From Aplysia californica (Eukaryota): 64,000 bases of DNA. The notes beneath the pieces are model-generated. The model was given only the letters and a program-made list of their open reading frames with translations, ran no database searches and had not been told where the DNA came from. Of this stretch, positions 51,279 to 62,800 are shown one piece after another (position 1 is the first letter of the stretch; every line of letters starts with the position of its first letter). The DNA is taken from the NCBI RefSeq assembly GCF_000002075.1, contig NW_004797434.1:650423-714422 (forward strand), in the 5' to 3' direction. Made by a program: the position numbers and the translations under genes.

Positions 51279-52296
51279 GTGAGCCATTTGTAGATGTGCT
51301 TACTTACTTGGTTGGAGAATGTGTATCATTGCAGGCGGTACAATGCCTTAGCTGCCCCTCTCCCCTCTCCAGGATCCATAACGGTTGACTTGCTGATCGT
51401 GCTAGTTATAAGCTCGTTGGATATTAAAAAGTATGGAACGCTTCAGGAATTTGAATGTCCTTGCGCAGGAGCCATGCCAATCTTCTCTGTATCATTCCAG
51501 TTTAGGTTTGTGTCCCATATTGGCCGTTTTTAGATGTATATGTAGACAGCTTGCCTGTAATGCGTTCTTTAGAAATGAACAGATACGGAAAGGTGTCTGG
51601 ATTTTTTTTTTCCCCCTCTTCAAAAAGGGTGTGGTACTGTGGTATAATGAGCAGAAGTTATGTGGTGTTTGTTCACTGTAAACTACTAACATGTTTTTTG
51701 AGATGTGTGTTGTGGTATTTTTGTGTAAATGTTTTTTCACTGTCATATATCCTGTTTTTTATTTATGTTCATTTTCAGTATTGTATGTCTGGTGAATAAC
51801 ATCCTGTATTTTTTGTCGATAATCTCTAGTCCAAAAACGGGTATTTTATTTCACTCCCCCCAAGTAGGTGGTGCGACACGTTTAATTGTTCTCAAGAATG
51901 TTTATGTTTTACGGTGCATTTGGGATATTTGCTCTGTTCTGTTGTCTTTGTCGTTTTTTAAATTTTTTTATCTTCTTCTTTATTTAAATCACAGAGCCAA
52001 GTGCTATTCCTGTAAAATTACCATTCTGTGTTTAGTAAGCTGCTTGTTAAATACATGTAAGCATATATTGCTCGTGGGTGGTTGGCGGATGCTCTGGTAT
52101 GGTTTGCTCCTTCATTCCCATCAAACATCTATCGTCCTCTTTCCTTTTTCTTTTTTGTGTTTGATACTCTCTTGTAACACCTCAAATCTTTGATACTTAC
52201 AGGACCCAATTGTGTTGCAAATGCCGTAGAATTTTACTAAAACACATTGCTCTTTTTTGACATGTTTCGTGTTTATGGTCTCTTCCCGCGAGGCAG

Positions 52297-52521
52297 ATGA
52301 AAGCTCCTCGTCAGCGCAGCAGCAGTCCCATCCCCCCACTCAACCCTCCCCTCCTCACCACCACCCGAGCGGGCCAGGCCTCGGGGTGAGACTCAACAGT
52401 GGGGGCTACCAGCCCCCCAAGATGACCTCTATACGATACGTCACAAACAAGACTCCCGACCGCGAGGCAGCCCGCATGGAGAAATTCAAAGCAGTTTTCA
52501 CCGAGCCATCGTTAGACCTGA
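52297..52521 (+). CDS. TBC1D22: TBC1D22 exon 4
   Basis: DESSSSAQQ...DREAARMEKFKAVFTEPSLDL; GCAG acceptor in phase 1, donor A|GTTAGT. Confidence 0.85.
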
Positions 52522-52679
52522 GTTAGTATTCAATTGATTCATGATGGAGAGAAAGGAGAAATTGTATACGTTTAACGCCCCCTATCAACACTGTTAGTAG
52601 TGTTGGGTTGTTTAAGAGGCAGGATTCATGGTGGAGAAGGGAAAGAGAGTGTGTGCACAGTTACTTGTTTTAGTAATAC

Positions 52680-52843
52680 CAGTCGAGCATGTGAAAGACG
52701 ACCACCCAATGTCAAAAAGAAAAGTGGTCGTCTAAGACAGGCAGGCCTCTTGGACAGTATCATTTAATAGTGAAAAAACACAAGGGGGAAAGTGAAAGTG
52801 GTTCTTTCTCTTGGACAGGTGGTCATTAGAAAAGGTTCGACTG
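52680..52843. mobile_element. pogo-like MITE, same family as 19029-19197
   Basis: CAGTCGA...GGTTCGACTG-TA; shared GACCAC/GTGGTC subrepeats. Confidence 0.7.
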
Positions 52844-53529
52844 TATATATGAGGTGTGCTCACAAAATTAGTTACTTGTCGGATTTTAGCCGTAAAGAAA
52901 TTAATACATCAACTTTGTATGTGGAGTTTGTACAATTTGTAAGTATGGAATAATAAAAAAACACGGTGAACAAAAGGGCTTCCATAAAAAATCTATAAAT
53001 CTGACCCAAGTGTCCATTTTCGGCCGATATCTCCATTGTTGGATTGCATGAAGTAACTCAATGTTGTCAGCACACCTCACATGATGACTGCCCTTGAAAG
53101 GACCAGAATAAATAATGTCTGTCAAAGGAATATTATGACTTCAATTTTCTAATGGGCTTATGCCTGACTGAGTACTGTAGCTAAATGTTGATACTGGTAG
53201 TCTCACAGACTGCTAATAAGCTGTTCACACTGTCATTTTTCTTCCTTTCAGGATTTGGTTTTTACATATTCTTTATATGAGTATCTAAGACGTTTTTTAA
53301 GTGTGTGTGGGTGGTTGGGGGGTTCTACTGGCTGGTCCCGCTTCGTTATTTTCTCTCTCTTATTTTTATCTGTTGGTCTTACTTTTTCCCAGCACTAAGT
53401 GAAAATTATTGTATTGATGTTCTTTTCTTTAGTGAAACAAACAAACTCAGAAGTGTGTTACATTTAAGGATAATATTGCAAGATTTTATAGCCCATTTAT
53501 GAAATGTCCACTCGTTTTTGCCTTTTCAG

Positions 53530-53600
53530 CGGAACTTCGTAAACTCTGCTGGTCAGGGATTCCTAAATCCGTCCGTCCAACTGCATGGAAAATTCTCTCT
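53530..53600 (+). CDS. TBC1D22: TBC1D22 exon 5 (start of TBC domain)
   Basis: ELRKLCWSGIPKSVRPTAWKILS. Confidence 0.93.
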
Positions 53601-53759
53601 GTGAGTACTGTTTTTCAAAAAAAATGTACAACTCATATTTTAAGGACTAGTTCTTTGGAAAGTAAAACTTTTATTCAATGCCTGATTTATGAAGCAGTTG
53701 CTCTTGAAAAATTTTGATGTTATTTGGAACATTTTTTTTTCTTTCATTTCTGTTGTCAG

Positions 53760-53888
53760 GGTTACCTCCCCACAGCAGCAGACAGAAGGCAGGAGACTCT
53801 AGAACGCAAACGCAAGGAATACTTCAGCTATATAGATCAGTATTACGAAACGAGGTATCAAGACCAGCACGAGGAAACCTTCAGACAG
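53760..53888 (+). CDS. TBC1D22: TBC1D22 exon 6
   Basis: GYLPTAADRRQETLERKRKEY...HEETFRQ; phase 0-0. Confidence 0.93.
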
Positions 53889-54575
53889 GTATGGCCGCGG
53901 TCCTGTATTCAGAGGTGTCGCCTTACTATGGGATGCGTCAATAGCAGTTGGCCTTCTGGCTGGGCCTTCTCCATCTCCTTCTTCTACTTCTCCGTTTCAG
54001 TATCGCTCTGTCCTAATCTGTTCTACTTCTTTTCAACGTTGCTACAGTCCTTTTCTACTTCTTTGCAATGTTTTTACAGTCCTTATCTGCGCCTTGTGAG
54101 ATGTGTCTGTTACGGGGTTGACTTGCCATAGCTGCCTCTGGACATTAACACTTTGCGGTCACTTGCCGTAATAATGCGACAGTGAAAGTTATCTGTTCTG
54201 GTCATTTGATACAGTTCGGCGACAGGCCTGAGAAGTCTGTTGTGGTCACTCTCCTGGCTGGGTGACCAGATGGGATATTTTTATACTGCTGGCAGTGTGA
54301 CTGCAAAGTGCTACATCTTCTAGTGGGTTTTGTGTATTGGGCAAAAGTATGTCTGTTCATATGGCTGAGTGAATGAAGAGATCAAATTTCTTGTTACTTT
54401 TTTATACACCATCTTAGTCTTTAGTTTATTATTGTAAGTGTTTCATCAGTCTCTTTAAATTGTCAGAAAAGACAGTGTTGCAAATTATTTGATTAAGAAG
54501 AGTTGATGGTTAGGTTTATTTTCTTGCCATGTTGTGTTGTTTAAGAGCTCACAGTTTATCATTGCTGTTGCAAGG

Positions 54576-54736
54576 NNNNNNNNNNNNNNNNNNNNNNNNN
54601 NNNNNNNNNNNNNNNNNNNNNNNNNNNNNNNNNNNNNNNNNNNNNNNNNNNNNNNNNNNNNNNNNNNNNNNNNNNNNNNNNNNNNNNNNNNNNNNNNNNN
54701 NNNNNNNNNNNNNNNNNNNNNNNNNNNNNNNNNNNN
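54576..54736. other. Assembly gap (N run)
   Basis: Ns. Confidence 1.
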
Positions 54737-55429
54737 CAGAGTTGAGCAAAGTTACTCATTATGTTGTGACGGCAGCGATATTTGGTTGTGGAATTTAAAT
54801 TTAATGCTCTGAATTTAAAAAGTTGGATAGAAATGTAAAGATGTAACAATATTATTTGTTGTAGTCATATAAGCCATTTTTAAGCTTATATACATTCATA
54901 AAATTTTGTGCTTTTTGTCCTCTTTAAACTGGGAATTTTGTTGTTGATAAGTTTTGTATGTGTTTGTTTGTTTTTTGGTTTTTTTTTCAGTTTTCATTTT
55001 GTCCTGTGGATGATTTTTGGAGTTTTACAGAATGGTCCAACTTATGAATTTGTTGTTTGATTTTTTATGCCTTTCGTCTAGATTTTTTGCTGTTATGTCC
55101 AACTTCTGTCTTCCCCCCCACCGTAAAGAAGAAAAAAATTGCTACTGCTTTATTATGTGCTGCCCCTTTTACTCAAACAAACCATATCATCAAGTTGGGG
55201 TGGGGGTGGGGGGGTGGGGGTGTGAGGTGGTTGTACATATAAATGAAAGTAAAATACACTGATACTGCTATTAGTGTTTATATGGGCGTTAAACATACAG
55301 TATTTCCCCATTTTCACACTGATACAGAGTCCTGTGGGAGAATTTGGTTTTTGATGTCATGCGTACATACATGCATACTTAAATGCATTAATTTATATGT
55401 GTCATGTATTCAAATTCACACCATTACAG

Positions 55430-55640
55430 AGGTGTCGGTGGCCTAGTGGTTACGCTACCGGACTCGTAATCGTGAGATTGTGAGTACAAGGGTTCGAGTC
55501 TCAGCTCAGTCCGATGTTGTGTCCTTGGGAAAGGCACTTTACACGTATTTCGCGTCTGGCTCGGTCCTTTCGGAGATGGACATTAAACTCGGAGGTCCTA
55601 TCTCTTAATAACGTAATAGTGTTGATAGGGGCGTTAAATC
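55430..55640 (+). mobile_element. tRNA-derived SINE (third family)
   Basis: A box TGGCCTAGTGG, B box GGTTCGAGTC, then GTGTCCTTGGGAAAGGCACTT and CCTTTCGGAGATGGACATTAAACTCGGAGGTCC; no tRNA acceptor stem. Confidence 0.7.
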
Positions 55641-55950
55641 TATACCATTGTGGGTGGTTGGCAGGTGCTCTGGTGTGGTTTGCTTCTTCTTTCCTATCAA
55701 ACGTCTATCGCCTTTATCTCCCCTCCTTCTTTTTTGTGTTTGTTACTCTCTTGTAACACCTCCAATCTTCAGCACTTATATGACCTTATTGTGTTGCTGG
55801 TGCCGTGAAATACTAACTAAAACTTTAAAAAACCTATACCATTTCACCATTTTCACCAATACAGACAATCAACTCGTATATTTGCTGGTGGCTGTTGTGT
55901 AGCTGCCTACTTTTGAGCTAGGGTTATACGCAATGTCCACCACCACCACA

Positions 55951-56327
55951 CAGGGTACCTGCAGCCTCCTTGACTTAAAGGAGTCCTTGAACACTCCTTG
56001 AATTTGCATTCAAGGTAAAATCTCCTTGAAATCTCTTTGATTTTTAGGAACATCCTTGAAAACTCCTTGCATTTGGCATGCAAGGTACAATCTCCTTGAA
56101 TTTTGGGAGCCTCCTTGAAAACTCCTGGAATTTGGCCGGATCAGACATGAACAACATTTTTGTCGGAAAATCGAAACTACTATTCCATACGGACAAGTGT
56201 AGGCCTTTGGGAAATAGACTTTCGGCTTGAATTTCTTGACCAAGTCTCCTTGAATTTAAAAAAATTCTCCTTGAAGCCCTCTTGAAATCTCCTTGAATTT
56301 GGTGGAGAGTTCGTGGCAGGAACCCTG
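55951..56327. mobile_element. MITE with CAGGGT(A/T)CCTGC TIRs and many internal CTCCTTGAA repeats
   Basis: 12-bp TIR with one mismatch; about 10 copies of the CTCCTTGAA motif. Confidence 0.7.
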
Positions 56328-57382
56328 CTGACATTTTAGTGAACTTCAGTTCAATAACCACTTGGCTTCTGGATGGAGACCTCATGCATTAAATGGTATT
56401 TATGTTATGTAGTGAAAGTTTGTCTACGTAATAATGTGGTCTCAGATTGTAGGTTTTTTTTTTAAAGAACAGTACCTTTTGCAACACCATATTTAAGACA
56501 TCATCTTTATCCCTCCTCCTCCCCCCCCTTCCCCTACCTTTTCTCACGTACAGTGGAATTTGTTTAAACTGAACACGGTTAATCCGAACACAGTGGAAAA
56601 CCAAAAGAAAGGGAAATCCCCAATGTTTTAAAAATTATGTTTGTGCAATCTCTCTCGAAACTAAAAACGGGGCTAAACTGAAGAAAATATATGGCAGCCA
56701 CACTCACACAGATTTTGGTTGAAGCAGACTCCACTCTATGCCCATACAGTTTTCCCCACCCCCACTCTCAGATTCTGCATTAGAGAATATATTTTGTTAT
56801 GAAACTGGGATTTGTTCTGACTTATTATACCAATACTTTATATTATCTTCAACGATGAGAACATATTGTCATTATTTTTTTTCATCCTACAGTGGGGAAA
56901 AAATGGACTGTGTTGCTTGTTTTTCAACTGTTAATCAAATTCAAGTAGAAAATTCTCATAAGTTATTTTGACCTGTGCTACCCATTCTAATTCTTTTCCT
57001 CTTTGTTCAGCACAGTTCTTCATTTTTTGGGATTTTTTAAAGCAGAAGATGGGACATTTGCATTTGTGCCAGAACTGTGTAAGATTTTTTTTTAGAATTG
57101 AGCTTGCCTAATCTTAAGATTTCTGCAGGCCTGAGCTGTGGTGTGGTGTTCTCCATCTGTTTAGTTTCAGAATGACAGTGGCAAACTATTGGTTTCGCTA
57201 TGAGAACTTTGGTCAGGGCGTACGCAATAGCAATAATGTAGACTCTCTCTTTTCATGTCTGCCTCTCTTTCCCTCTTTCTCTCTTCAACTGGCTCCTTCT
57301 CTCTTCAACTCCATCCTTCTTGTTCTCTCCTTCTTTCTTTCTCTCTTTTTCTCTCTTTACTTTGTCTGTCTGTCTGTCGGTC

Positions 57383-57548
57383 NNNNNNNNNNNNNNNNNN
57401 NNNNNNNNNNNNNNNNNNNNNNNNNNNNNNNNNNNNNNNNNNNNNNNNNNNNNNNNNNNNNNNNNNNNNNNNNNNNNNNNNNNNNNNNNNNNNNNNNNNN
57501 NNNNNNNNNNNNNNNNNNNNNNNNNNNNNNNNNNNNNNNNNNNNNNNN
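57383..57548. other. Assembly gap (N run) between microsatellites
   Basis: Ns. Confidence 1.
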
Positions 57549-57557
57549 TCCCTCCCT

Positions 57558-57590
<33 letters not shown>

Positions 57591-58625
57591 GGAAATGTTC
57601 TGAGATTTCCCTTCTTTCTCTTTTGTCTTTCACCACACCCTGAAATATTTGTTATGCATGCTGTCATGGGCTGTTAGATCACTTCGAGTCTGGGGTGAAG
57701 CACACGTGGAGCTTTCAGTAGATTTTTTTCTTATCTCTTCTCTTGCTGTGGTTGTTGCATTGTTCTGACTTATTATTCTGTCTACCGTGTAAAAAGCAGG
57801 CGGTTGGTAGATGCTCTGGTGTGGACTGCTCTTTCTTTTCCTCTAGATTTGTACTTCAGTTGAACCTGCCTGTGCAAAACGACCACTTCCCACCTTGTGT
57901 TTTTTCTTTAATATGTGTGTGTGTGTGTGTGGGTGCCTGGAGAAAGGTCCCAGTTGGCGGAAATTTTGGATATTGAAATAAGGGCATATTCTTGTAGCAA
58001 ATTCAATGCTGAACACGCTGATTTTTAAATTAAAAAAATATCTCGAGTTGTTTTAAAGATATACCACATTTTGTATTTTCCCAATGTGTAGCTCATTTCT
58101 TACCTTTTGTGAAGTACAACATTTTGCAAAAATAATAGATAAAAAATATTTAGATTTGAAATATTATAAAACCATAAATTTGTTATTAAGAAATGGTGAA
58201 ACGTGTGTTTTCTGTTGGAACTAAATTTTTTTACCTCATACAACTTTTTTGGCCTTCTCACCCTGTTGCTCAAAACTGGCTTTGCCAACAACTGGGACTT
58301 TTCTCCAGGCACTCACACGCATGTATAACAACATTTTCTAAGAGGACCGCCTGTCTAAGGTTACTACTTTTCTTCTTGACAATGATTGTTTATCATGGAC
58401 AGATTCGACTGTATTTTTTTTGGGCCTATTCTGTTCCTGATGAAATGCACTATTCTTGGATAAGGATACCTTTGAGACGTTTTCTTGGTTGTGCACCAAC
58501 TTTGCTCCCTCCTTTCGGAGAAGGACAGAAACAGGGGAAATCTGATTTTTAAATATCTTGGTCATTTATAGTTGTGTCACTTCACCCACTGATATTGCCA
58601 TCCTAATTTGTTAAACCTAAACACA

Positions 58626-59163
58626 GGGGGCTCTCGTGGCCTAGAGGTTAAGGTGTTGGCCTCTCATTCAAAGGTCCCGGGTTCGAATCCGGGTAACGAC
58701 CAAAAAATTTTCTTCTCTAAAATTGTCTCCTTTCCCATCCTTTCCTGATCTCTAACAATGTTCTGTTGTCTGCTTTCATTTCCACTTTCTGCCCCACCCC
58801 CTCACCTCCTTTGCCCCCTCCTCTGGGCTCCTGGCTCTTTCTGCAGCCTTTCTACTGCTACTCCTTGGCTCCTCCTAACTGCTGTCTTTCTGCCACACCC
58901 CTGATCTTCTGGTAGGAAAGATCTACACCTAGCCTTCTCGGACAAGGGCGAAAAATCTCGGAGGGCCCGTGTGCAAGTTGCGCACGTTAAAGATCCCTTG
59001 GTGGTCTAAAATCGACAAGAGTAGGCTTCGGCCGCCACCCGGGCAAAATTCCAAATTTCCTACCAACTGAAAAATATTAGGTGTGTCCCGCGCGCTCATA
59101 TGACCTATGCAGTTGCGAGCGCCGTAAAACCCTATACTAAACAAACAAACAAACCTAAACCTA
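58626..59163 (+). mobile_element. tRNA-derived SINE family B (about 510 bp)
   Basis: A box TGGCCTAGAGG, B box GGTTCGAATCC, CTC anticodon-like loop (tRNA-Glu-like); central CCTTCTCGGA...CACGTTAAAGATCCC domain; 3' tail shared with family A. Confidence 0.85.
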
Positions 59164-59249
59164 AGTTGCTCCTGCACAGGTCAGCATGTTCTGTTCCAGG
59201 TGGGTGCGACGCAGGGACTTTCTCACCACCTCTTTGCCTCTTATTTCAG

Positions 59250-59315
59250 ATTCACATCGACATCCCCCGCATGAACCCACTAATCCCCATATTTCAGCAG
59301 CTCATAGTTCAGGAA
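59250..59315 (+). CDS. TBC1D22: TBC1D22 exon 7a (canonical arginine-finger exon)
   Basis: IHIDIPRMNPLIPIFQQLIVQE; TTTCAG acceptor, GAA|GTGAGT donor; 66 nt, phase 0-0. Confidence 0.93.
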
Positions 59316-61948
59316 GTGAGTAGCCAGTCCTCCGATCTCCAAAGAATTTCTTTTTTTTTTTTTGTGCATATGGGTTTTGTTTTTGTTTTTTTCCTCTCAA
59401 TTTTTGGACAATTTCTTGTGCGTGCTCATGCCTGTTTTCACGGTAATGGCTGCCTTTCCTTCCTCGTGCATCCGTCCTCACCCCGTCCTCACCCATACCT
59501 CCTCCTCCTCCTCCTTCTCCTCCTCCTCCTTGTCCTTCTTTTCTTTCTCCTCTGCCTGCTTCCATCATTAGCTGTTCCGTGACAGCGTGTGTGTAGATGT
59601 AGACGTGTGTTTCATGATGTTTGTGTGTGGACCCAGTTCAGCCCATGCAGTGTGATCACATCCCTCTCTCGTCTCTGTCTTGCACATGTGGTAGAAATAG
59701 TTTTAGCTGCTCTGTTGTGGGTGAAAAAAGAGGTATAAAAATGGAAATTGATTTGAAAATGAGCGGGGGGCTGATGAAATGGAATAATTTTTTAAAAGGA
59801 CTTCAAGAGATCAGAAATAAATTTAGAAAAAAGGTGGAAGATGCAGTATAAATGTTTTTTGGAAATGAAGGGAGAGGGTAGAGGTGGTTTTGAAAATAAA
59901 AATGCTCTGCAAGCGTCTATCCACATGAAGTTGCAGTACTAACAAAATCCTTCCTCAAACACCCTGCACTGACATGTTGCCAAATATTAATACTTCTCCA
60001 AAATGGAGGACTGTGCAATTGTATACAATGATTTGCTTTTATGGCAGAGATGGCGTGACTACTTACTTAGTGTTTAGTTAGTGTCTGTTGCCATAGCAAC
60101 TCCTGAATCACTGGTGAGATGAGTGTGATCGGACTGGATGGGCTGTCTTGTCTTTGTTGTGACTGACCTGAAGTTCCGTGACTGTACTCACATTAACTTT
60201 CTCAGTACGCAAGGGATTCCAAAATCTTACGCACCCAATTTGAGGCAGCAAAGGGTGTTTTCTGAAAACAGCTATAATTCAGTCAAATCTTAATGGATTT
60301 GTTTGTGTGGGCACTCAAGCTATTTGTAGTTGGACAGAAAAATCGCGACATGGGTGAAAATTGGTTGTGAATGTAGCAGAGTCCAGTTCGTGTGCGGAGG
60401 ATTGAGAAGGTCAAAAGACTTTTTCCTTTGATTGTTAATGTTTTGATTGTAGATCCTTTAGCATTAGAGTGAGAGCTGGAGCAGATAGTGATAAATTGTT
60501 TGTGGACATGATTGTTAGCTGTCTGCATGCTTTTTGCACAGGAAAAAAAAGGAGTCTGTGACCGCTGTTCTGTACAGTGCATGTTGTATTGTTTTCAAGA
60601 TTTCTGTGTTTGTGTCCTGCTGACCTTTTGACTCTGCTGCGTTAGCGTTGGTTGCTGTTGTCCTGAAATGTTTTTTTTTCATTCTGTGTGGTTTGAGTCC
60701 CAGTTTGTAAAGTTTGTTACAGAGGAGTTCTTTTGTGACGCTGTTTTCTGTTTGTTCATGAAATGCAAGGTGTTCAGTCAAACCGTGTGGGAAGAGACTT
60801 ATGTTTTAGGCTGCTTGCTAGAGCGGATGGTTAGAGGGTGTCGTTGATTGTCCGTCACTTCTTTTTTTCCCCCCGAGTTATACATCGTAATTTTTCTCAG
60901 AGCTAAATGACAACGAGGGTGGCTGCAGGGTGCCACTTGTAGGTTGTACTAAGTATCTGTCGTCTTGTCAGTGTGATTCTCTTTAAATAACAAATGATTA
61001 GGCAGGCTGAAAGACTTGGCAACTTGGCTTCTTTTATTGTCTTTCTTATTGACTGTGTTCGCTGGTGGAGGTGAAGATTTGGGGATGTTGGTTTTCTGCT
61101 CTTGACTTGGTGCTATCTATCGGGTATTGGTGTTTCCACAAGTTTTTTTCCCCCTTTCTGTTGCCAGAGAGTTTCAAAATGAATTGAGCTCACTATGCTT
61201 GGACCTTCTTGAAAACGTCTTCCGTTTTCCTTTTTTCCATCTGTTTTACCCTCTTGATGTCCTTTTCTCAATATGCTTGTCAAACTGTCGTTCTTTTTCT
61301 TTTCTTGCTGCTTATTCATCTCCTTTCCTTCTTCCAATTACCTTCATTGGTTTGATTAAATGTTACCTCTGCGGACTCTTCCGTAATTTTTCTCTCCTTT
61401 TAAACTTCAGACATTAGAAACATCAAAAGTTTTTGTGGAAACTTCTGAATCTAATTTTGCCCTTTTTGGATTTGTACCATTTACCTGTCAACCTTACTTT
61501 GGATTTTCACCTCAGTTTTTTTTGGTTTTGTGCTGCAATATAACTCAGAATATATGTAGAGGTACAATGTACTAGTTATTTTTTAAAACAAATGCTACGG
61601 TAATTTTGGGTTGTGTTAGTCAGCTTGATTAAATTATGTTGCTTCATTTTATGTTTTGCGTTGAGCTCTCACAACGAAAGAGCTGTTTTTGTGCCGCTGT
61701 GTTTGTGAATGCCTCAATATGTTTTGTTTTGTTTTTTGTTTTGTTTTGTTTTGTTTCCTCAAAGAAGCTTGTCCACAGTGTCGGCAGCGTCCCCTTAACA
61801 CAGGCATGCCGTGGGACGGATGTGAGAGAGTACACACTACACGCCAACGCGCGCACAAACTATAGCGCTTTGCTAGCTACCTCTTGTTTACTTAACCGAG
61901 GAAGAGAGTTCTCCTCCACCAACTGGTCCCGTTAATCTGCTTTCACAG

Positions 61949-62014
61949 ATTCTAAAAGATATCCCCCGCATGACCTCGTTAGCTCACTTGTTCCAAGAGC
62001 GGCCTGCGCAGGAA
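61949..62014 (+). CDS. TBC1D22: TBC1D22 exon 7b (duplicated, putative mutually exclusive arginine-finger exon)
   Basis: Hand translation ILKDIPRMTSLAHLFQERPAQE; CTTTCACAG acceptor, GAA|GTAAGT donor; 66 nt, phase 0-0; 11/22 aa identical to 7a. Confidence 0.8.
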
Positions 62015-62314
62015 GTAAGTATTGTATTCACCTGGACCGACTGAGCTCTCAGCGGTGCAGCCCCCCCCCCCCCCCCCCCCCCCCCCCCAAATCCTCCCGA
62101 GACCTGTGTAGCAGCTCGTGGTTGTGCTGAAGTGAAGCGTTGCACTCTCACAGGATTGCCTGACAGCTATCACTAACTACTAACCGTGCCCTTAAGTTTT
62201 GTCCTGGCCCCCCCCCCCCCCCTCCCCCCAGCCTCCCCAGGAGCTTTCATTCTATTCACCTTTCTTAGAAGTGATTCGTAGAGAAGTTGTGGTTGGTTTT
62301 TCACAATGAGCTGT

Positions 62315-62800
62315 AGAAGTTGTGGTGGTTCTTTAAAATAAGAAATAGAAGTTGTGGTGGTTCTTTAAAATAAGAAATAGAAGTTGTGGTGGTTCTTTAA
62401 AATAAGAAATAGAAGTTGTGGTGGTTCTTTAAAATAAGAAATAGAAGTTGTGGTGGTTCTTTAAAATAAGAAATAGAAGTTGTGGTTTTTTAATTTGCGA
62501 AATAGAAGTTGTGGTATTTTTTTGTTAAATTGAGAAATAGAAGTTGTGGTTTTTTTTTTTTTTGTAATGAGTGATAGAAGTTGTGGTGGTTCTGTATAAG
62601 AAATAGAAGTTGTGGTGGTTCTGTATAAGAAATAGTAATAATAGTTGTGGTTTTTTCAAAAACAGAAATAAAAGTTGTGGTGGTTCTTTCTGACAAATAT
62701 AGGTTGTGGTGTTTTTTAAATGAGATATAGGTTGTGGTGGTTCTGTATGAGAAATAGAAGTTGTGGTGGTTCTTTATGAAAAAATATAGGTTGTGGTTCC
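62315..62800. repeat. 32-bp minisatellite AGAAGTTGTGGTGGTTCTTTAAAATAAGAAAT
   Basis: About 5 perfect copies followed by about 9 degenerate copies. Confidence 0.9.

Noticed and set aside
52291-52296. Alternative GAG acceptor for TBC1D22 exon 4
   Set aside because: Wrong phase; gives an immediate TGA
58626-58700. tRNA-Glu-like gene (also 55430-55510 and the other family B heads)
   Set aside because: A/B boxes are present but the acceptor stem is not intact, and each continues into a SINE body; the family B copies have TSDs
60206-60255. Possible third variant exon in the 7a-7b intron (TTTCTCAG|TACGCAAGG...)
   Set aside because: No DxxR motif, weak donor, wrong length
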